Virus record (IMG/VR): IMGVR_UViG_3300025114_000026
Span: 1-30,107 of that record
Strand: one strand, 5' to 3'
DNA length: 30,107 nt
Source of the DNA: a virus
Taxonomy: Duplodnaviria > Caudoviricetes
Each line of letters opens with the position of its first letter. Position 1 is the first letter of the stretch. The notes below the pieces were generated by a model. That model did not search any database. It worked only from the letters and a program-made list of their open reading frames with translations, and was not told the DNA's origin. Position numbers and translations under genes: made by a program. Positions 26,401 to 30,107 of the stretch are shown here, in pieces.

Positions 26401-28111
26401 TGTAGTTAATATAACTGGTACAGGGAATGTTAGTAGTTCAGTAACTTCAACTGGATCGTTTGGTGCATTAACAGTTGCTGATGGAGTAACTTCTACATTA
26501 TCTCCAGTTTATCCAGACGGTGCCGCTCTTGGTAGTGGTACTAATATGTGGAGTGATTTGTTCTTAGCTGAAGGTGGAGTAATAAATTTAAATAATGGTG
26601 GAATTACATTAACTGAAACATCAGATGTATTAGTACAAGCTGGTGGAAATCTTAGAGTTCCACGATTAGAAATAGACGGAGCTAATGATTATATTGATGT
26701 TTCTACAGATTTAAAACTTGTAGCGGCAGCTGATATTACACTTGATCCAGGTGGTAATAACGTAAAACCTGGTGGAGATAGTGCAGATGATTTAGGTGTT
26801 AGTGGTACAGCGTGGAGAACTCTTTATGTAGATTCAATTAAAATGAACGGTCAAGGTTCTATTGATGGAGCTACTTATATAACTGGTTCATCAGTAAGTG
26901 CTTCAAGTGGTGATTTTACAACAATTAATGTTGATGGTGGTACAGTTGATGGAATTACTTCATTAACAGCTGGTGGTAATTTAGATATAGGTGGTTATGA
27001 TTTAAGAGCAGCGACAATTACCGCAGATGGATTATCAAGTGGAAGAGTTGTATTTGCAGGTACAGCAGGAGTGTTATCAGATGATAGTGATTTAACTTTT
27101 AGTGGAGCTACCCTAACTGCAACAAATTTAACTGGCACCACAATAAAAGATTTTACTACAATTAGTGGTTCTTCTGCTTCAACTGGCTCATTTGGTAGAG
27201 TATCAACATCAACATTAGATTTATCCAGTATACAAGGAAATTGGACAAATGCTGGAAACACAATTGCAGATTTAGGTAGTGTTACTACGGTTGATATTAA
27301 TGCTGGAACTGTTGATGCAATTACTTCATTAACTGTAGCAAATGATGTGGATGTTGGAAATTATAAAATTACTTCTAAAGCACTTGAAGCATCTGATTTA
27401 ACTGCAGGACGAGTTACATTTGCGGGGACGAATGGTTTATTAGCTGATGATAGTGATCTAACTTTTAGTACTGCTACATTATCTGCAACATTTATTAGTG
27501 CGACTCATATAACAGCAAGTGGTAATATTAGTTCAAGTGGTACAATATACGCTGATAATTTTCAATCAGCCGGAGGTGATGTTGGTGGAATTTCATTTGT
27601 AGATGATTTAAATATTACAGGAAATATAACAGCAAGTGGAGCTGTAAGTGCATCAAGTGGAGCTTTTACATCTATTAATGTTGACGGTGGTACAGTTGAT
27701 GGTGCTACTATTGGAGCGTCTTCTCACACAACAATTAAAGGTACAACAATAGATGCAACAACTGATTTTACAATAGATGGATTAGTAATAACTGCAGATA
27801 CAATAACTAATGATGCTGGTCTAAGTATAGTAGCATCGTCTGGAGATATTACACTTGATCCTGCCGGAAATAATGTTTTACCAGGTGGAGATAGTGCAGA
27901 TGATTTAGGTGTTAGTGGTACAGCGTGGAGAACTCTATATGTAGACTCGATAGAAATGAATGATCAGGGTGCTATTGCTGGAGTAACACACATAACAGCA
28001 AGTGGTGCTATAAGTGCTAGTGGAGATATTTTATCAGATGGAAGAATTTATGAACAAGGAACATCAGTAGTTGACCATGCAACTGCGATGGCAATAGTTT
28101 TTGGAGGTTAA
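23447..28111 (+). CDS. Long repetitive tail-fibre-like protein (1554 aa)
   Basis: Repeated HITASGxISASGxLSATGNLDIDG, SGRVVFAG..GVLSDDSDLxFS and DDLG.SGTAWRTLYVD modules; ends ATAMAIVFGG. Confidence 0.82.
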   Translation: MGLIDSGSKSSRLLASRRYTHNTLTTAQEAFTKVLDLRSEEIYTRGHLIPTSSLPHSGSSQKNLTYTTQGQSVTKYWYRQKLTKSNVNNEVWFFLNPTGSNDGVGAQLINDNQVTNFVSPKYSIASLATSTTEDTTPGYLATVFKSSEISSSFQTSSLSSGDIVSTNDYQFDYKTGIVQFLNSDKDPSDSEYIYMTVYQYVGDTLKTGLEVQGAVTASNLLVTGNSKVDGDLTLGGDITIGDDASDALTITADLTSHLIPDTSDTYNLGSDSQRWNDLYLSGSMSASGGPVDIDSATTVAIDATTTLSAKGAGGASFGDDTGTWEFDGAGAVSETGITTFSLTPSSTVDVDAGGAITIDGVSLTVGGDGDTNIIKLTGPVTASTHISASGNLSATGNLDIDGTANIEGNTTLQADLSVVDINASGHVTASGNVSASGNIYSTGNLDVDGTSNLEGNVTMQADLSVVDINASGDITGSVISGSSGAFTSINVDGGTVDGITSLTAGGNLDIGSYDLRAATITADGLTSGRVVFAGTDGVLSDDSDLSFSEDTLTATRVTSTHITASGDISASGDLSATGNLDIDGTTNLQGNVTVQNDLDVTGTLTATEVHTTFVSASIAKASGSNVFGDDAADSHQFTGSLSVSGSATVTGSTTINGVLTANSVVVDNITIDGTEIDLSSGDLTLDVAGDIELNADGGDVTVKDDSAVLLDISATKISGSVTSTGSFGALTVADGVTSTLSPISSDGVALGTTALQWSDLFLAEGAVINWDNGDFTATQTNNLLDLDGGSTRVDKLEIDSANDYLDVDTDLKIVAAADITLDPGGNNVKPGSDSTDDLGLSGTAWRTLYVDAIEMNNQGSIAAATHITASSNISASGNLSATGNLDIDGTSNLEGDVTLQNDLAVTGHITASGNISSSGTIYADNFQSTGGDSEGISFADDLSITGHITASGDISASGDLSATGNLDIDGTSNLEGDVTLQGDLSVVNITGTGNVSSSVTSTGSFGALTVADGVTSTLSPVYPDGAALGSGTNMWSDLFLAEGGVINLNNGGITLTETSDVLVQAGGNLRVPRLEIDGANDYIDVSTDLKLVAAADITLDPGGNNVKPGGDSADDLGVSGTAWRTLYVDSIKMNGQGSIDGATYITGSSVSASSGDFTTINVDGGTVDGITSLTAGGNLDIGGYDLRAATITADGLSSGRVVFAGTAGVLSDDSDLTFSGATLTATNLTGTTIKDFTTISGSSASTGSFGRVSTSTLDLSSIQGNWTNAGNTIADLGSVTTVDINAGTVDAITSLTVANDVDVGNYKITSKALEASDLTAGRVTFAGTNGLLADDSDLTFSTATLSATFISATHITASGNISSSGTIYADNFQSAGGDVGGISFVDDLNITGNITASGAVSASSGAFTSINVDGGTVDGATIGASSHTTIKGTTIDATTDFTIDGLVITADTITNDAGLSIVASSGDITLDPAGNNVLPGGDSADDLGVSGTAWRTLYVDSIEMNDQGAIAGVTHITASGAISASGDILSDGRIYEQGTSVVDHATAMAIVFGG
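25126..26337 (+). repeat. Exact 54-nt direct repeat pair (25126-25179 and 26284-26337) within the fibre gene
   Basis: tcatataacagcaagtggtgatattagcgcaagtggtgatttatcagctacagg read at both positions. Confidence 0.85.
26177..27568 (+). repeat. Exact 54-nt direct repeat pair (26177-26230 and 27515-27568)
   Basis: gcaagtggtaatattagttcaagtggtacaatatacgctgataattttcaatca read at both positions. Confidence 0.85.
26771..27936 (+). repeat. Exact 53-nt direct repeat pair (26771-26823 and 27884-27936)
   Basis: ggtggagatagtgcagatgatttaggtgttagtggtacagcgtggagaactct read at both positions. Confidence 0.85.
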
Positions 28112-28113
28112 TA

Positions 28114-28440
28114 ATGGCTAATACATTTAAAAGTGCAGCAACAGGTTCATCAAACGTATTAGGCGCTTTTTACACATGCCCCGCCGCTACGAGTGCAGTG
28201 GTGCATGCTATTTATTTAAGTAATGTTGATGGTACGAATGATGCTACTATTGACATATCAGTAAGTGGAAGTGCTAATTTTAGTGATAGAAAATATTTAC
28301 TAAAGACAGTTGATGTACCCGCAGATTCAACAGTTGTAATTGAAAAACCAATCAATTTAGGAGCTGGTGATAAATTAGAAGCGAAAGCGTCTGCAAAAGA
28401 TGATATAGATGTTTTTGCAAGCATATTAGAGATAACATAG
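28114..28440 (+). CDS. Small 'MANTFK'-type virion structural protein
   Basis: 108 aa with GGAGG SD; MANTFK...YTCPA...LSNVDG...VPADST...LGAGDKL...ASILEIT pattern that I recall from aquatic phage structural modules. Confidence 0.75.
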   Translation: MANTFKSAATGSSNVLGAFYTCPAATSAVVHAIYLSNVDGTNDATIDISVSGSANFSDRKYLLKTVDVPADSTVVIEKPINLGAGDKLEAKASAKDDIDVFASILEIT

Positions 28441-28450
28441 GTGAAATTTA

Positions 28451-30107
28451 ATGGGTGATTCCTTAGAAAGAATAGGTAAAAATGTTCTGAATCACGGGCT
28501 TATAGTCCGGAAAGGAAATATTAGTGGTTCGGCTACAGCAACAGGTTCATTTGCTCATCTTGAAGCATTAGAATTAAGTTCAACTGTTAGTACTATAATA
28601 AGTGGTTCATTTACTACAGCAAGTTCAAGTTTAGCATCTCGAATTACTACAATTGATGCAACTGATATGACCTTAGCTACTGCCAGTATTGCGGCTAATG
28701 AAGAGAATATGACATTAGCAACTGCAAGTATAGCAGCAATTACATCAAGTATTAGTAGGTTAGATACTGAAAGTTCATTAGCTACTGCAAGTATTGCAGC
28801 AATAACAGCAAGTGTGGCTGAAATGAAAGAATTTACTAAGGCAGCTACTATTAGTGGCTCATTTACAGCAGTTTCATCAAGTTTAGCTTCAAGACTTACA
28901 GCAGAAGAAGGAGAAGCTGAAGGTTCAGTTGTAAGTTCTTCAGCTCAAATAGCTACTGATATTAGTGGTTCGTTTACATCAGTTTCAAGTTCAATAGCAA
29001 CGAGATTTGATTCACGTGAAACTGATATGACACTCGCGACTGCGAGTATTGCTGCAATCACAGCAAGCTTAGGTCAACCAGTTAATACTGATTCATCTGT
29101 TACTTTTAATAGTGTTGACGCAGACGGTGGTGTTACTATAGATAATATCACAATTGATGGAACAGAAATAGATTTATCGAGCGGTGATTTCACTTTAGAT
29201 GTAGCAGGTGATATAGAATTAAACGCTGACGGTGGAGATGTTACAGTTAAAGATGATGGAGCTGTGTTGTTAAATGTTTCAGCAACTAAGATTAGTGGTT
29301 CAGCAACATCAACCGGTTCGTTTGGACAACTTGAGGCTGTAAAATTTAGTTCAGATTTAAATACAACAATTAGTGGTTCAATTACATCTACTTCAAGTTC
29401 AATAGCGACAAGATTCGATTCACGTGAAACTGATATGACTCTTGCAACAGCGAGTATTGCTGCAATAACTGCTAGTGTTAGTAGGATAGATTCAGAAATT
29501 GATAGTAATACAACAAATATTACATTAGCTACTGCAAGCATTGCAGCTATCACTGCAAGTATAAACGATAATATAAATCAAGCTGTTAAAACTGATTCAA
29601 ATGTTACTTTTGGTAATATCACATCTACAGGTACAGTTACTGCTGTAGAAGTACATACAACATTTGTTTCATCATCAATCGCAGTAGCTTCTGGTTCTAA
29701 CAATTTTGGAGATGCAACTGATGATCACCACTCATTTACAGGTTCATTGTCAGTAAGTTCAAGTTTATCAGTAACAGGTTCAGCCACAGTAGATGGTACT
29801 TTAACTGCAACAAATATTGGTGCGTTCACTGCTGTAGGTGCTATAGATTTTGATGACCAGAATATGACAAATGTTGATATTGATAGTGGAGATATAACAG
29901 GTGTTACGTTTGGTACAGCAGCAAGTACAACAATTAGTGGTTCATTTACTTCTGTCTCAGGTTCAATAGCTACAAGATTCGACGCTCGTGAAACTGATAT
30001 GACTTTAGCTACGGCTAGTATCGCGGCAATCACATCAAGTATTAGTAGATTAGATACTGAAAGTTCATTAGCAACTGCAAGCATTGCGGCAATCACAGCA
30101 AGTATTA
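28451..30107 (+). CDS. Fibre-like protein with coiled-coil LATASIAA repeats, truncated at the window end (>552 aa); missing from the ORF track
   Basis: ATG 28451 after an AGGTG SD. Hand translation MGDSLERIGKNVLNHGLIVRKGNISGSATATGSF... stays open to the end, with eight in-frame LATASIAA copies and modules shared with the 1554-aa gene. Confidence 0.85.
   Translation, partial: MGDSLERIGKNVLNHGLIVRKGNISGSATATGSFAHLEALELSSTVSTIISGSFTTASSSLASRITTIDATDMTLATASIAANEENMTLATASIAAITSSISRLDTESSLATASIAAITASVAEMKEFTKAATISGSFTAVSSSLASRLTAEEGEAEGSVVSSSAQIATDISGSFTSVSSSIATRFDSRETDMTLATASIAAITASLGQPVNTDSSVTFNSVDADGGVTIDNITIDGTEIDLSSGDFTLDVAGDIELNADGGDVTVKDDGAVLLNVSATKISGSATSTGSFGQLEAVKFSSDLNTTISGSITSTSSSIATRFDSRETDMTLATASIAAITASVSRIDSEIDSNTTNITLATASIAAITASINDNINQAVKTDSNVTFGNITSTGTVTAVEVHTTFVSSSIAVASGSNNFGDATDDHHSFTGSLSVSSSLSVTGSATVDGTLTATNIGAFTAVGAIDFDDQNMTNVDIDSGDITGVTFGTAASTTISGSFTSVSGSIATRFDARETDMTLATASIAAITSSISRLDTESSLATASIAAITASI

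Noticed and set aside
24893-29326. Possible diversity-generating retroelement template/variable repeat pairs among the fibre repeats
   Set aside because: All copies are coding, differences are mostly synonymous and not confined to adenines, and there is no reverse transcriptase in the window.
16423-30096. Nested or antisense ORFs in the neck and fibre genes (16423, 17218, 19325, 20173, 20454, 21695, 22309, 24040, 24763, 25351, 26995, 28212, 29074, 29725)
   Set aside because: Most are explained by codon bias of the Ser/Thr/Gly-rich plus-strand genes. The last two mirror the real plus-strand ORF starting at 28451.
28673-30107. Repeated ~30-35-nt units resembling a CRISPR array
   Set aside because: The copies are in frame, differ at third codon positions and are irregularly spaced, and no cas genes are present; they are protein repeats.
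1-30107. Stop-codon reassignment, introns or inteins, as seen in some large phages
   Set aside because: TAA, TAG and TGA all end genes at sensible boundaries, and terminase, portal, protease and capsid read as uninterrupted under the standard code.

Overview
An AT-rich, gene-dense, entirely plus-strand segment of a large T4-superfamily-like tailed phage genome, covering the virion morphogenesis region. Gene order: a ligase-like nucleotidyltransferase, large terminase, portal, prohead protease, a cluster of small basic putative internal-head proteins, a phage-encoded ribosomal protein bS21, acidic scaffold, major capsid, neck proteins (gp13/gp14-like), a gp15-like protein fused to a fibre-type domain, then very long Ser/Thr/Gly-rich repetitive fibre-like proteins. 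The last of these runs off the window end and is missing from the supplied ORF track. The layout matches my recollection of the large bS21-encoding phages predicted to infect Bacteroidota/FCB hosts, but the host cannot be established from this window. Main observations: (1) a cassette of proteins sharing an N-terminal 'MIKLKxLLKE'-type leader and hydrophobic-x-E protease sites, including an apparent 587-aa polyprotein; (2) bS21 among late genes with strong Shine-Dalgarno sites; (3) an ATATTTAT motif in all six large intergenic gaps, five followed closely by an ATG mini-ORF and the sixth by a multi-hairpin leader; (4) a pervasive [S/T]-[G/A]-S motif concentrated in predicted external virion proteins; (5) modules shared between fibre genes. 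All protein family calls come from motif recognition by eye, not database searches.
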